A stretch of DNA of 64,000 bases from the IMG/VR virus record IMGVR_UViG_3300031251_000967, positions 11,523 through 75,522 of that record. One strand, 5' to 3'. Positions 20,083-29,779 of this stretch are shown one piece after another. The first letter of the stretch is position 1. Each line of letters starts with the position of its first letter. The notes under the pieces were generated by a model. It was not told where the DNA came from. It made no database searches and saw only the letters and a list, made by a program, of their open reading frames with translations. Source of the stretch: a virus. The translations under genes and the position numbers were made by a program.

Positions 20083-20964
20083 TCAGCCGAGCTTGTCGAG
20101 CAGGGCTGCAAAGGCGGCGTCTGGCGCCATCACCGCATCCGCAAGGCCAAGGGAAACCCCCTGTGCCCCGAGGAACGTTGCGGCTTCTGTGTCGCGGACC
20201 TTTTGGGCCGCGAGATTCCGGTTTCGGGCGACGGTCTCGACGAACAGTTCGCCCATGGTGTCGATATCCGCTTGGAAGCGCTTCAGCGCCTCCTTTTCGA
20301 GCGGTTTGTAGGGTTGGCCGTCAGCCTTACGGTCGCCGTACTGAATGACGGTGACCTTGATGCCGTCGGCGTCGAGCGCCTTGGACAGGTCGACGTGCAT
20401 GCAGATGACGCCGATCGAGCCCGTGCCGCCGGTGCGTGGCACGGTGAGGAAGTCAGCGGCGGAGGCGATGGCGTAGGCGGCCGAGTAGGCGCACTCGTTC
20501 AGGATCGCCCACACCGGCTTTTCGCCGCGCGCCTCATAGATCGTGTCAACCAAATCGAAGCAGCCCGCCACCTCTCCGCCCGGCGAGTCCACGTCGAGAA
20601 CGATCGCCTTCACTTCGGGGTCGGACAGCGCAACGAGAAAGTTCTGACGGATGCCGTCGTAACCCATCATCCCCGAGTAAGGGCGAAGCGTGCCGAGCTT
20701 CTGCACCAGGGTTCCCGAAACCGGGATTACCGCGACGCCCGCGACGAGGTCGTATCCGACGTCAGGCCGATCATTCCGACGCGCCGGCCTGTCGTAATCC
20801 TCATCGAACGCCATCGGTTGAAGCACGACCATGTCGCCGTTCGGCCGGAACAGCTTGGCGATGCCGAGCCGATCGGCGAGCGCCGCCATGATGACCTCTG
20901 CCTTGTGCTCCGTGATGGCGATTGGCGTATTGAAAAGCCGCTGGGCCAAGTGAGGGAAATTCAT
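20083..20964 (-). CDS. Prohead protease, S49 family (lambda gpC-like)
   Basis: LDVDSPGG, AYSAAYAIASAAD, GSIGV. Confidence 0.93.
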   Translation of the reverse strand: MNFPHLAQRLFNTPIAITEHKAEVIMAALADRLGIAKLFRPNGDMVVLQPMAFDEDYDRPARRNDRPDVGYDLVAGVAVIPVSGTLVQKLGTLRPYSGMMGYDGIRQNFLVALSDPEVKAIVLDVDSPGGEVAGCFDLVDTIYEARGEKPVWAILNECAYSAAYAIASAADFLTVPRTGGTGSIGVICMHVDLSKALDADGIKVTVIQYGDRKADGQPYKPLEKEALKRFQADIDTMGELFVETVARNRNLAAQKVRDTEAATFLGAQGVSLGLADAVMAPDAAFAALLDKLG

Positions 20965-22616
20965 CACGTCGGCTCCGGGTTCTGCGGTTTCTTCGCGGCT
21001 TCACGGGCGGGAACGGCATCTTGCGCCCAGCTCGGCAGGGCAATTCCGCGATCTTCGAACATCTTGATTTCGCGCGCCCGCTGATCGAGGACTTCTTCCA
21101 GCTCAAGCCCCTGCTCGGCGCACTCCATCTCCAGCGTCGACAACCCGGCGTCGATACCGAGGATCGCACCCGCCTTCTCGTCCACGGGGTCGATCCACCC
21201 GCGGCCCGGCCCCATCCATTTCACGCGACAGTATTCGGTGCGGCATTCGAGGTAGTCCGGAACCTGACCGCTCGGCATCGGGAGGTCGTCGACCTCCATC
21301 ACCTCTTCGAGGAATGCCCCATAGATCGGCGAGGCGAAATTCACGGCGAAGTCATTCCGGCGGCGCGCGAGCGTCTTCCAAGCCTCCAAGAGGGCCGCGC
21401 GAGCCGAAGAGTAGTTCGTGCGAGACCAGTCCTGGCTAAGCTGCTCCGCCGAGATGCCGAGAGCCGCGCTGACATTCCGAAGCGCTGCGTGCTCAAACTC
21501 GGCAAAATTGCTCGTCGGCCGCGCCGCGCTGACGGAGGTGATCCGCTCGCCCGGATACAGGATCGGCATTTTCGCGCCGCCCAGTACCGTCCGGTGCTCC
21601 TTGTGGAATGCCGCCCGGTCGGTTTGGTACTGCGGCAAGTTGCCGTCGTCGCCAAGCGCTTCGGCTACGAGGTTGTGATCGAACGGGCTCTCGATGTATG
21701 CGCCGAACACCGCGTTCAGGATCGCCGCGTCCAGTTCGACGGCGTCGTACTTGACCAGCATCTTGAGCCGCTGAAGAACGGGCGTCAGAACGCCGCCGGC
21801 TCCGCGGTGTTGCGGTGTGCGGTCCCGCTCGAAGTCATGGACGACGATCGGACGGCCCCACGACGTTTCGCGCTGGATGCGCTCCCACGTGACGCTTTGC
21901 GCTGCGCTGAACCAGTCGCCCTGGTGCGCCTTGCGGATCCAGTACGCGACCGCGACATCAAAGCGCGGATCGACCTCAACGCCGCCGCGCATCGTCTGCT
22001 GATCGAAGCGGAGTTGCGGGTTGGAGAGCCGGTCAGGGTCGATCAACTGGATGGACGTGCAATAGCGCGCACGGCCCATCCCAACCCGCTCCGGCAGCCA
22101 ATGCAGGACCGCCAGGGCATCGCCGTCAATGACCTTGTGCCGGTAGGCAAGGCGCAGCATCTGCGGAACGGTGAGTGACCGCTGCGCGTCGCAATACTTG
22201 GCCGGATCATCCGCCCAACGCCGCCAGCTCGCCTCGACCGCCCGGCCGAACTCGTCCGCCCAATCGGCGTCGAAACCCTTGTTCCCCGAGTAGAGGGCGA
22301 GCGAGCGATAGTCCGGCTTCGCCACCGGCCGGAACGTCGCACCGATGACGTTGTCGACGATCCGGGTAATACCGCCCGACGCCCACCCGTCGTTCCGCTC
22401 GATATCCCGGATCCGGGAGACGATGCGATCACGATAGATGTTCTTTTCGCCGTCGACCGACCAGAGATACGGCTGCCACGCCGCCATGTGGTCGCCGTAG
22501 TTGTCGGCCGCGTCGTACGGAACGTTGCTGTTGTTCGCCAGCGCCTTCGCCTTGCCCGGCTGAACCGGTGGGAACGGCGTCCCGTCCGGCTTCAGGATAG
22601 CCACGTCGCGCGACAT
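20964..22616 (-). CDS. Portal protein, lambda family
   Basis: RDIERND, NYSSARAALLE, GRGWIDPVDE. Confidence 0.95.
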   Translation of the reverse strand: MSRDVAILKPDGTPFPPVQPGKAKALANNSNVPYDAADNYGDHMAAWQPYLWSVDGEKNIYRDRIVSRIRDIERNDGWASGGITRIVDNVIGATFRPVAKPDYRSLALYSGNKGFDADWADEFGRAVEASWRRWADDPAKYCDAQRSLTVPQMLRLAYRHKVIDGDALAVLHWLPERVGMGRARYCTSIQLIDPDRLSNPQLRFDQQTMRGGVEVDPRFDVAVAYWIRKAHQGDWFSAAQSVTWERIQRETSWGRPIVVHDFERDRTPQHRGAGGVLTPVLQRLKMLVKYDAVELDAAILNAVFGAYIESPFDHNLVAEALGDDGNLPQYQTDRAAFHKEHRTVLGGAKMPILYPGERITSVSAARPTSNFAEFEHAALRNVSAALGISAEQLSQDWSRTNYSSARAALLEAWKTLARRRNDFAVNFASPIYGAFLEEVMEVDDLPMPSGQVPDYLECRTEYCRVKWMGPGRGWIDPVDEKAGAILGIDAGLSTLEMECAEQGLELEEVLDQRAREIKMFEDRGIALPSWAQDAVPAREAAKKPQNPEPT

Positions 22617-22879
22617 CAGCGGTACAGGAACCGGAGGGGGCGGCGGGCGCGGCAGACGATGCCGAGTTGCTGCTGAAGCTGACGGATCAGGGTCGTCAGC
22701 TTGGCAACGTCAGTCTGCGTGAAGGTTACCGAGCGCGCGCCGTCGCCCTGCGTGTATGACGCGGTAACTTCCTTTTCGCCGCTCGATAGAGCGATGTACG
22801 CCTGCTGAGCTGAGGAGAGCGCCGCCTGTAGGGCAGCCCTGTCCATTCCAGCGAAGAGGCTGGTCGAAGGATCGAACAA
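22616..22879 (-). CDS. Head completion protein gpW-like
   Basis: SYTQGDGARSVTFT; between terminase and portal. Confidence 0.85.
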   Translation of the reverse strand: MFDPSTSLFAGMDRAALQAALSSAQQAYIALSSGEKEVTASYTQGDGARSVTFTQTDVAKLTTLIRQLQQQLGIVCRARRPLRFLYR

Positions 22880-22890
22880 GGGCGTTTCTC

Positions 22891-24993
22891 CTAGTGTGCC
22901 AGAAGGCTGGCGAGCGATCGGCGCGGCGTGGGCGGTGCCGGCGGTACAGCCGACGTCATCTCAGGCGCCGTCACGATCCGCTCCGGCTGCGCCTCCGAGG
23001 CTCCGACCTCGTCAGCACGCTTGTTCAGTTTCAACCCGAAGTGCAGCAGGCCGCAGAGCGCTGCGTAGGCGTAGACACGACAGTCAAGGGCCTCGTTGGC
23101 CTTGCCGGCAGGGCATTCCCAGACCCGGAACCGCTGACCCGCGACTTCCTTGATCACGATCCGCTCGGCCGTAAGCTGCGCGTACCAGTTGATGTCCCGA
23201 GCGTCCGGGAAGTGCATGTATCCGGCACCCGGCCGCTCGATGTGCAGCCGCGCTCTGATCGTGTCCTTCGCCGCGTTGACGCCGATGATCACCGGCCGGA
23301 ACGACTGCTTCGTGCGGGATGTCGGGCGCTTGGTCGGCCACACCGGAGAGCGTTGCCCCGATCGCGCCGACTCACCCTTGATCGCCCACACCCGCCGCGC
23401 CAGCCGCGCCTTGGCGAATTCGTAGACCTTTTGGGTGTGATGGCCGCCTGAGTCGATGCACGCCGACATCACCTCGAACTCGCGTCCGTCCGCGCGCTTC
23501 CACTTCCGTTTCAGGAAGGCGTCGACCCGGTCCCAGAGCGCTGCGGTCTCCGGATCGCCCTCGAACACCTCTTGGGCGATCGACCAGCTTTCCTCGTTGC
23601 GGCCCCAGCCAACAACCTCAGCCTCTAGGCGATCGTCCTGCACGTCGATCCCGACAGTGACTACGGCGACGCCGTCAGGAACCTCGCCAGCCCAGACCTC
23701 TCCGCGGGCGGCGAGCGCTTCGAGGCGAAGTTCTTTGCCGGCATGCGGGCGATAGGGAAGACCCTGTTGCGTATTCCACCACGCCTGCTTCTTTTCCTCG
23801 TCGTCCTTCGCGGCCAGCCATTTTGTGGCTTGATCGGACGGCTTGTCCTTTTGCCACGGGCTGAACAGTTTCGACGCTTGGAAGCCAGCGTGTTCGTTAT
23901 CAACGGCCCACTTACCGCAGTCCGGGCACTTCGCCCGGTAGACGGCCCAGCGGTCGCCAGCCCACCAGTCCCACACCTTCGCGACCGGGTCGCCAGCCTC
24001 GTCCTCAGCGTCGCGCCACGCGCGCCCGTGGTCATCCAACGGGACGTGACGCTTGCCGCAGCACTCGAACGGCCGCGTCTGATGCCAGCGCACCGTCTTC
24101 AGCGACCGGAGGCGTTCGCCCTCCGACCAGCCGACCCCGCACGCCTCGCAGTAGATCCGCGCCGTCTTCGGCCTATGCTCGTTCCCCGTCTTCTCCCACT
24201 GCACGTGGGCGAAGAAATCGGGGAACTGCCTATGGAGACAGTGCGGGCACTCGACGGACGCCCGGCGCTGGTCCGACGCGGCATAGCTCGCTGCGATCCG
24301 GCTTTCGTCCTCCACCGTGGGAGAACACGCCCGAACCGACAGCCAGTTGACGCCGAAGGTAGCGGTGCGCTCCTCAGCGAGCGTGATCGGGTCGCCCTCT
24401 CGGGTGACCGGGTACTTGTCGACCTCGTCCGCCAGCAGAACGCGTATCGGCCGACGGGCGAGGTTGTCGGGGCTGCCGGCGCCGGCCAAGGCCAAGAACC
24501 CGCCGGGGAACGCCTTGTACAACAGCGTCTCGTCGGCGTTTCGCGTCTTGCTCGTTCCCACCAGCTTCCGCAGGACCGGCGTCACCTTGACCAGCGGCGC
24601 GATCCGCTCCTTCGAGAACTGCTGCGCCGCGTCTTCCTTCGGCTGCAATAGAAGCATTGGGCACGGATCGAGGTGCGCGAAGTAGCCGAAAACGTTTTCC
24701 AGCAAAGCCGTCTTCATGAGCTGCGTCGAGCACATGACCGTGATCACGTGAACGCCCGGCTCGGTGACCGCGAGCATCGGCCCGCGCGCTACCTCTACCG
24801 TCTCGGTGCGCCAGCGTCCGGAAGTTGACCCCGCTTCTGGCGCAAGCCTCCGATATCGATCCGCCCAAGCCGGGACGCTGATCCGCGGCGGCGGCGTCCA
24901 TCCCCGCTTCGCCGCGAGGCGGAGCCGGTCACGCTTCTCGGTCGGTGAACTCGACTTCGGGTTCGCCAAGCTCCTCAAGGTGCTTGTGGACAT
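22891..24993 (-). CDS. Terminase large subunit (lambda GpA family)
   Basis: STQLMKT, LADEVDKYP, SDQRR, GIDVQDDR, IDSGG, NEALDCRVY. Confidence 0.95.
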   Translation of the reverse strand: MSTSTLRSLANPKSSSPTEKRDRLRLAAKRGWTPPPRISVPAWADRYRRLAPEAGSTSGRWRTETVEVARGPMLAVTEPGVHVITVMCSTQLMKTALLENVFGYFAHLDPCPMLLLQPKEDAAQQFSKERIAPLVKVTPVLRKLVGTSKTRNADETLLYKAFPGGFLALAGAGSPDNLARRPIRVLLADEVDKYPVTREGDPITLAEERTATFGVNWLSVRACSPTVEDESRIAASYAASDQRRASVECPHCLHRQFPDFFAHVQWEKTGNEHRPKTARIYCEACGVGWSEGERLRSLKTVRWHQTRPFECCGKRHVPLDDHGRAWRDAEDEAGDPVAKVWDWWAGDRWAVYRAKCPDCGKWAVDNEHAGFQASKLFSPWQKDKPSDQATKWLAAKDDEEKKQAWWNTQQGLPYRPHAGKELRLEALAARGEVWAGEVPDGVAVVTVGIDVQDDRLEAEVVGWGRNEESWSIAQEVFEGDPETAALWDRVDAFLKRKWKRADGREFEVMSACIDSGGHHTQKVYEFAKARLARRVWAIKGESARSGQRSPVWPTKRPTSRTKQSFRPVIIGVNAAKDTIRARLHIERPGAGYMHFPDARDINWYAQLTAERIVIKEVAGQRFRVWECPAGKANEALDCRVYAYAALCGLLHFGLKLNKRADEVGASEAQPERIVTAPEMTSAVPPAPPTPRRSLASLLAH

Positions 24994-25537
24994 GCGTGGT
25001 CAGGGCCTCGGTCACCTTGTCGGCTTCTAGGCCGAGATCGGCCGCCAGCAGTGGACCCACCCGCGCCGGCCAGTTGAGCCACGAATCACGCGCGGCCCGG
25101 CTTACTTCGAACAACACCGTCGTTGCGGTCTCAATGTCGACCAGCGCTCCAGCCTTCTGCCGCGCGTCGAGCACGTGCTTCAGGGCAAGGGCGTTTTCCT
25201 TGACCCGCTCCGCTTCGAGGAGCGTTGCGAAGTCGCCGGCCAGAACCTTACCGATGAACTCGTCGAGACTTGCGACAACCGCGTCCGGGTCGGCATCAGC
25301 CGACGGAGTTACGGGCAGCGCGTTACCGCCCTTGTTACCAGCGGGTAACGGTACTGCGGCGGCCCCGGTAACATCCTTGAACCGCCCGACGCGCTTCTCT
25401 CGGAGCCGGGCGTCCGACGCCTCGACGTCGACCTTGTCCCCTGAGAAAACAAGGAGACCAGACTGTTTCCAGATCGTCGCCGTCTTCCGCGACACGCCGT
25501 GCAGCGCGGCGAACTCAGCCTGCGAAGCCAGCGCCAT
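24929..25537 (-). CDS. Terminase small subunit (Nu1-like)
   Basis: N-terminal wHTH SQAEFAALHGVSRKTATIWK; upstream of TerL. Confidence 0.85.
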   Translation of the reverse strand: MALASQAEFAALHGVSRKTATIWKQSGLLVFSGDKVDVEASDARLREKRVGRFKDVTGAAAVPLPAGNKGGNALPVTPSADADPDAVVASLDEFIGKVLAGDFATLLEAERVKENALALKHVLDARQKAGALVDIETATTVLFEVSRAARDSWLNWPARVGPLLAADLGLEADKVTEALTTHVHKHLEELGEPEVEFTDREA

Positions 25538-25596
25538 CTCAACTCCAGATCAAGCCGGTGTTACCCGGTTTTCAGACCCCATAGCTGGGCAAATAC

Positions 25597-25641
25597 CGGG
25601 GCGCGCAATGCCCCCGATGCAGGAGGGGCCAGGAAGGACCC
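25597..25641 (-). other. Candidate cos site (cosQ GGGTCCT + dyad cosN-like GGGGCATTGCGCGCCCC)
   Basis: Exact lambda cosQ heptamer about 20 nt before a dyad, immediately upstream of terS. Confidence 0.65.
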
Positions 25642-25675
25642 ACGACCCCACCCCGTCGGCCCCCGCGCGCGACGG

Positions 25676-26359
25676 TCACCGTGCCGTCTTCATCGCCGCG
25701 GCGAGCGCCTTGCTCATCTCGGCTTGGAACGTGTCCCTGACGATCTTCTCGGCGCGTTGGCGATAGTTCAGGTGCTGCTTCACCGGGAGGGCGTCGCCGA
25801 AGCGGATGAGGAGCTTAAGCCCGCCCTTCTGCTGCGGCTGCGCTCCTTTGCGTGGAGCGCCCTTGCGCGTTGCCTTCGCCACTCGTGGGCGCTGCCACAC
25901 GCCGTTGATCGCCTGCCCCTTCTTGGTGACGATCGTGCCGATGAAGATATCAGGGCGTCCTTTGAGCGATTGCAGCTTGCGGGCGGTCAGGTTGCCGTAC
26001 TGGTTGAGCCTGACGTTCTTCGGGTTAAGGAGCGTGCCGCCGCGCTTGCTCGGGTTCAGGTAGTGCTTGCCGCCCGTCTCGTAGGGTTCGAGGTACTTGG
26101 CGGCGATATCCTTGACGAAGACGGTTGCCGTGAGGTTGGACTTGCGAGCGCCCTTCACGCCGATGGACTTGAGGGTGAATGGCGTCGGGTTCTCGAAGGT
26201 CTCGGCGAGCGCCTTCGTCTCGGCTTCCTGCACCTTCATCGCTACCGCTGTCAGAGCCTGCGCCGTGGCGAACGGCACCTGACGCTTGGCGAAGTCGTCG
26301 AGAGAGCGGGTGAGCTTCTTGACGTCAGCCCTTACGTTGATGGAGATGAGACCGGCCAC
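25676..26359 (-). CDS. Phage minor tail/neck-type protein
   Basis: QVPFATAQALT, FENPTPFT; basic; typical pre-terminase gene. Confidence 0.7.
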   Translation of the reverse strand: MAGLISINVRADVKKLTRSLDDFAKRQVPFATAQALTAVAMKVQEAETKALAETFENPTPFTLKSIGVKGARKSNLTATVFVKDIAAKYLEPYETGGKHYLNPSKRGGTLLNPKNVRLNQYGNLTARKLQSLKGRPDIFIGTIVTKKGQAINGVWQRPRVAKATRKGAPRKGAQPQQKGGLKLLIRFGDALPVKQHLNYRQRAEKIVRDTFQAEMSKALAAAMKTAR

Positions 26360-26368
26360 GCTGCCGAC

Positions 26369-26536
26369 CTACATCCATCCGCAAAAATAGAACACCGCTC
26401 CCAGCGCGCCGCCTATGCACCATGCGGCGATGATAACCGTTCCGAACCGATCCGCGTCCTCTTGCGGCGTCCTGATGCGATCTTCCGGATTGGCTGAGGA
26501 AGCCTGTTCGCCGTGTGCTTGGGTTTGTTCGCTCAT
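26369..26536 (-). CDS. 55-aa single-TM protein (not in ORF track)
   Basis: Manual translation MSEQTQ...FGTVIIAAWCIGGALGAVFYFCGWM. Confidence 0.45.
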   Translation of the reverse strand: MSEQTQAHGEQASSANPEDRIRTPQEDADRFGTVIIAAWCIGGALGAVFYFCGWM

Positions 26537-26550
26537 GGTCGCCTTTTAGC

Positions 26551-27822
26551 TCACTCCGGCTGACTGCACCACACGTGACCGTACCCGGAGATGGTGCGGC
26601 CGTCGGAGGTGTGATAGGTCGCTTCGAGCAGATACTTGTTCCCGACAACCGGATTGTTTCCGATTCGCTGGTTCGTGAATGTCGTAGGCTTGCCGGTCAC
26701 CGGGTTGAAACCCGTCGTGACGTTCGGCAGGCCAATGATGCGAGCCGATGGGTTCGTGTCGAGCGTCGCCCCACCGCGTATCTTGGAGACGGTGCACGCC
26801 CAGGTGACGGATAGGACGGTGACGCCCTCGGGAACGTCGACCGTCAGCTCCAGCGTGAAGGTGTCGTCTTCCTCCGGCTCGATGTCGTCCCACTGCGCGT
26901 CGAATCTGCGCGGACGCTCCAGTGTGACGGTGCGCGCCGGGTTCGCGCTGAGCGGCGGTATCGTGGAGAGCGCGACCACATCGCCGTGCGTGTCGCTCGC
27001 CGCGTCGAACAGATCGGCGGAGTCAGACGCGACGTTGAAGGTGAGGAGAGCGAAATCTCCGGTCGTGTCCGATGCGGCATCGTTCGGCACGACGCGAGAG
27101 CCGGACGGGTCGTAAGCCGTCAGAATCGAGAGACCGCCGGTCGTGCTCGATGCCGCGTCGCCGATCGGCAGAGACAGGCGCGGATGATAGGTGAGGCCAG
27201 CGGCATCGGCGGCCGTCGCCGAAGACACGCCGGTTACGCTGAGGCTCGGCGGGATGTTGTAGGTAAGACTCGCGACATCTCCCGTCGGCTGGGAACTCGC
27301 GTTGTTGATGCCGAGCACCAGCGCGCCAGGGGCGTGCGGGGTGAGAGTAGCTACGTCGGTGACCGCATCGGACTCGGTGTCGTGCACCACCAGCGGAGTC
27401 GATGCAACCAGCGAGGCGACATCGGTTGCCGGCTGCGAGGATGCGTCGCTTACCGTTGCCGCGGGAGGACCATGCGGCGTCAATGCAACTATGTCCGTCG
27501 CCGGCTGAGACGAGGCGTCCGAGACGGTGGCCGAAACGTGCGTGGTTAGCGCGGCGACATCGCTGGTCGGCTGCGACGATGCCGAAACGACAGTCAGGTA
27601 CGGCGCGTACGGCTTTCCGGCAAAGGACGTCGTGCGCCGCGTGCCGTAACCAGCCGGGCCAAGCCGCGTTTTCGGCCCCGTCGCCGGAAGCGAGAGAGTG
27701 GCTACATCACCCGTCGGTGCAGACGACGCATCGACAACGGTGAGCAGCGGAACCTTGCCCGCAAAGCTCCCGGCTCTGCGGACGCCGTATCCGCCTAAAC
27801 CAAGCCGGGAAACAGCGGTCAT
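26551..27822 (-). CDS. Repeat-containing fibre-like structural protein with C-terminal adaptor domain
   Basis: About 9 DASSxxxxDVAxL repeats; two RLGxxGYGxRRxxSFAGK motifs. Confidence 0.7.
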   Translation of the reverse strand: MTAVSRLGLGGYGVRRAGSFAGKVPLLTVVDASSAPTGDVATLSLPATGPKTRLGPAGYGTRRTTSFAGKPYAPYLTVVSASSQPTSDVAALTTHVSATVSDASSQPATDIVALTPHGPPAATVSDASSQPATDVASLVASTPLVVHDTESDAVTDVATLTPHAPGALVLGINNASSQPTGDVASLTYNIPPSLSVTGVSSATAADAAGLTYHPRLSLPIGDAASSTTGGLSILTAYDPSGSRVVPNDAASDTTGDFALLTFNVASDSADLFDAASDTHGDVVALSTIPPLSANPARTVTLERPRRFDAQWDDIEPEEDDTFTLELTVDVPEGVTVLSVTWACTVSKIRGGATLDTNPSARIIGLPNVTTGFNPVTGKPTTFTNQRIGNNPVVGNKYLLEATYHTSDGRTISGYGHVWCSQPE

Positions 27823-27836
27823 CTATCGCTGTCCGT

Positions 27837-28598
27837 TCAGGTGATTGAGAACGTGTCCCCGGAGGCCGGGGCGGTGGTCAGAGCGGTAACCGTGAGCGTA
27901 CCGGAACCATTGGTCGCCGTGATGTCCGTCGACTGTGAGCGGAGCGCGGGCGTCGTGGTGTCCGCGTCGAACGTGATGATTTTCCCCTTGAACTGCGAGG
28001 CGACGCTGTCAGAGGGGGTAAGCGCGCTGGTCGGGATTGAGGTCGTTGTCGCACTCGCGCCGACCGTGCCGCGGCCGATGGCCCTGGTCGTCTTGGCGAG
28101 GTTCGCCGCTGCGGTCGCGTCACCGTTGACGGCACTTAGGTTGGACGCCACGCGGAGGTTGGAGTCGAGCGCGGGCAACCCGCCGTTCGCGCCGGCAGCC
28201 GCATTCGGGAGAGCGGTCGGGGCGCCGACACCCCGAATGGCATCGCTCAGCAGGACGAGGATCTTCTGAGGGGCGACATTGTTCGAGCCTGCGTCCTGAA
28301 CGCTGAACTCAACCCAATCCGCGCCCGCCGCCAGCGCGGCATTGGGCACGCCGAATTCGTAGAGCCCCTTGTCGTTGGTGGAGTCTTTCTCCGCGAAGCC
28401 GCCGGAGGACCACGTGCCGCGAGTACCGGACGAAAGCGTCACGGCCGTCGCGCCCGCATTCCCCTGATCGGGCCGCGAATAGGCGATGGTCACTGACCCG
28501 TTGGTCAGGCCGGTCTTGTACGCACCCGTGGTCGAGGACGTGTCCTTGATCGCGACGGGCAGGATGAAGGACGTTTTGCCCTGCGGGACAATAAACAT
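27837..28598 (-). CDS. Thr/Ala-rich structural-like protein
   Basis: 253 aa, coupled to upstream gene. Confidence 0.65.
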   Translation of the reverse strand: MFIVPQGKTSFILPVAIKDTSSTTGAYKTGLTNGSVTIAYSRPDQGNAGATAVTLSSGTRGTWSSGGFAEKDSTNDKGLYEFGVPNAALAAGADWVEFSVQDAGSNNVAPQKILVLLSDAIRGVGAPTALPNAAAGANGGLPALDSNLRVASNLSAVNGDATAAANLAKTTRAIGRGTVGASATTTSIPTSALTPSDSVASQFKGKIITFDADTTTPALRSQSTDITATNGSGTLTVTALTTAPASGDTFSIT

Positions 28599-29773
28599 TA
28601 GCTGAGACCCCCAATGTAGCCCGTCGGGGCAAAGAGACGTGCGGTCGAGCCGCCAGAACCGTCATCGAGCGCGGAAAGACGCACGCCGCCCCAGTACCGG
28701 CGCGTACTTGTCGTCACCGGCACAGCCGACGAACTGGTGCGGCTGGCGGCCACGAAATCACCGCCGCCGGGCAGAACGGTTGCGTGGGATGCGCTCGCGA
28801 TATCGGTATAGATCGCCGTGCAACCGGTGGTCGTGCCGTTCGTCGCGCGGAGCCCGACGTAATAGGCCGTGCCGGCCGCAAGTGTCTGCTCTGAGGGGAG
28901 CGGAACCACCCACGGCTTGGCCGAGTTCTGCGTATTGAAGTTGTTGCCGAGCGTAACCGAGGTGATTACCGCTCCAGTAGAGGCGTTGACCAACTCCGCT
29001 ACGGCGGTGGCGCCCGAGTTCATCGCCCAATTGCCCCAGAGCGCGTCGCACTTTGCCGTATACGGAAGCGTGAACTGCGCTCCGAAGCTGACCGGTGAGG
29101 ACGTAGCCCCGTATGCCGTCGAGCCGTTAGCAGACAAAACGAAACCGCCGTCCAACGTCCCAAACGTGCCGTCCGAGAACTCAATGACGACGTTCGGAAG
29201 GCCGAGGTTGGTCCATGTCGTGCCGTCTGGCGTGCTCTGCGTCGCGTTGAAGTGACCGGCGACCGTGCCCGTGATGACGTTCTCATAGCTGAGCGTCAGC
29301 ACGGCGCCGGTGCCAGCCGTGCTCCAATCCCACACCAGCGACAACAGATCGCCGAAATTGAACGTAGGCTGCGTACCGAAGCTCGTCCCCGACGGCGTCG
29401 TGAACCACCCGCTCGCCGTGACGCCGCTGTCCGTCATGTTGAACGTGTAGGTTGCGCCGCCGCTGCCGGCGATGTTGCCGTCCGGCGTCGCTGCTGAACC
29501 GCCCGCGACGCCCTGCACGGATACGCGGACCACCGCACCAGAGCCGGCCGTTATGGTCGACCCGAAGCGCCAATGTATCTTGGCGATCGTCTTCGATCCG
29601 CTTTTCGCGTCGAACCACAGACGGCCAAACATGGCGTGCTTAGCGCTCGCGTTCGCCGATACCATGGTAGTATTGCCCGAGTTGCCGGGCGTAAAACTCC
29701 CCGTGGTGACGTTCAACTCCCACGGCTCGCCCGGAACGTATAGATGCGCGCCTTTCGTGCTCTGAAACGCCAT
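28598..29773 (-). CDS. Beta-rich, Gly/Thr/Ser-rich structural or lectin-like protein
   Basis: 391 aa; composition and operon context. Confidence 0.65.
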   Translation of the reverse strand: MAFQSTKGAHLYVPGEPWELNVTTGSFTPGNSGNTTMVSANASAKHAMFGRLWFDAKSGSKTIAKIHWRFGSTITAGSGAVVRVSVQGVAGGSAATPDGNIAGSGGATYTFNMTDSGVTASGWFTTPSGTSFGTQPTFNFGDLLSLVWDWSTAGTGAVLTLSYENVITGTVAGHFNATQSTPDGTTWTNLGLPNVVIEFSDGTFGTLDGGFVLSANGSTAYGATSSPVSFGAQFTLPYTAKCDALWGNWAMNSGATAVAELVNASTGAVITSVTLGNNFNTQNSAKPWVVPLPSEQTLAAGTAYYVGLRATNGTTTGCTAIYTDIASASHATVLPGGGDFVAASRTSSSAVPVTTSTRRYWGGVRLSALDDGSGGSTARLFAPTGYIGGLS

Positions 29774-29779
29774 CTTTCG

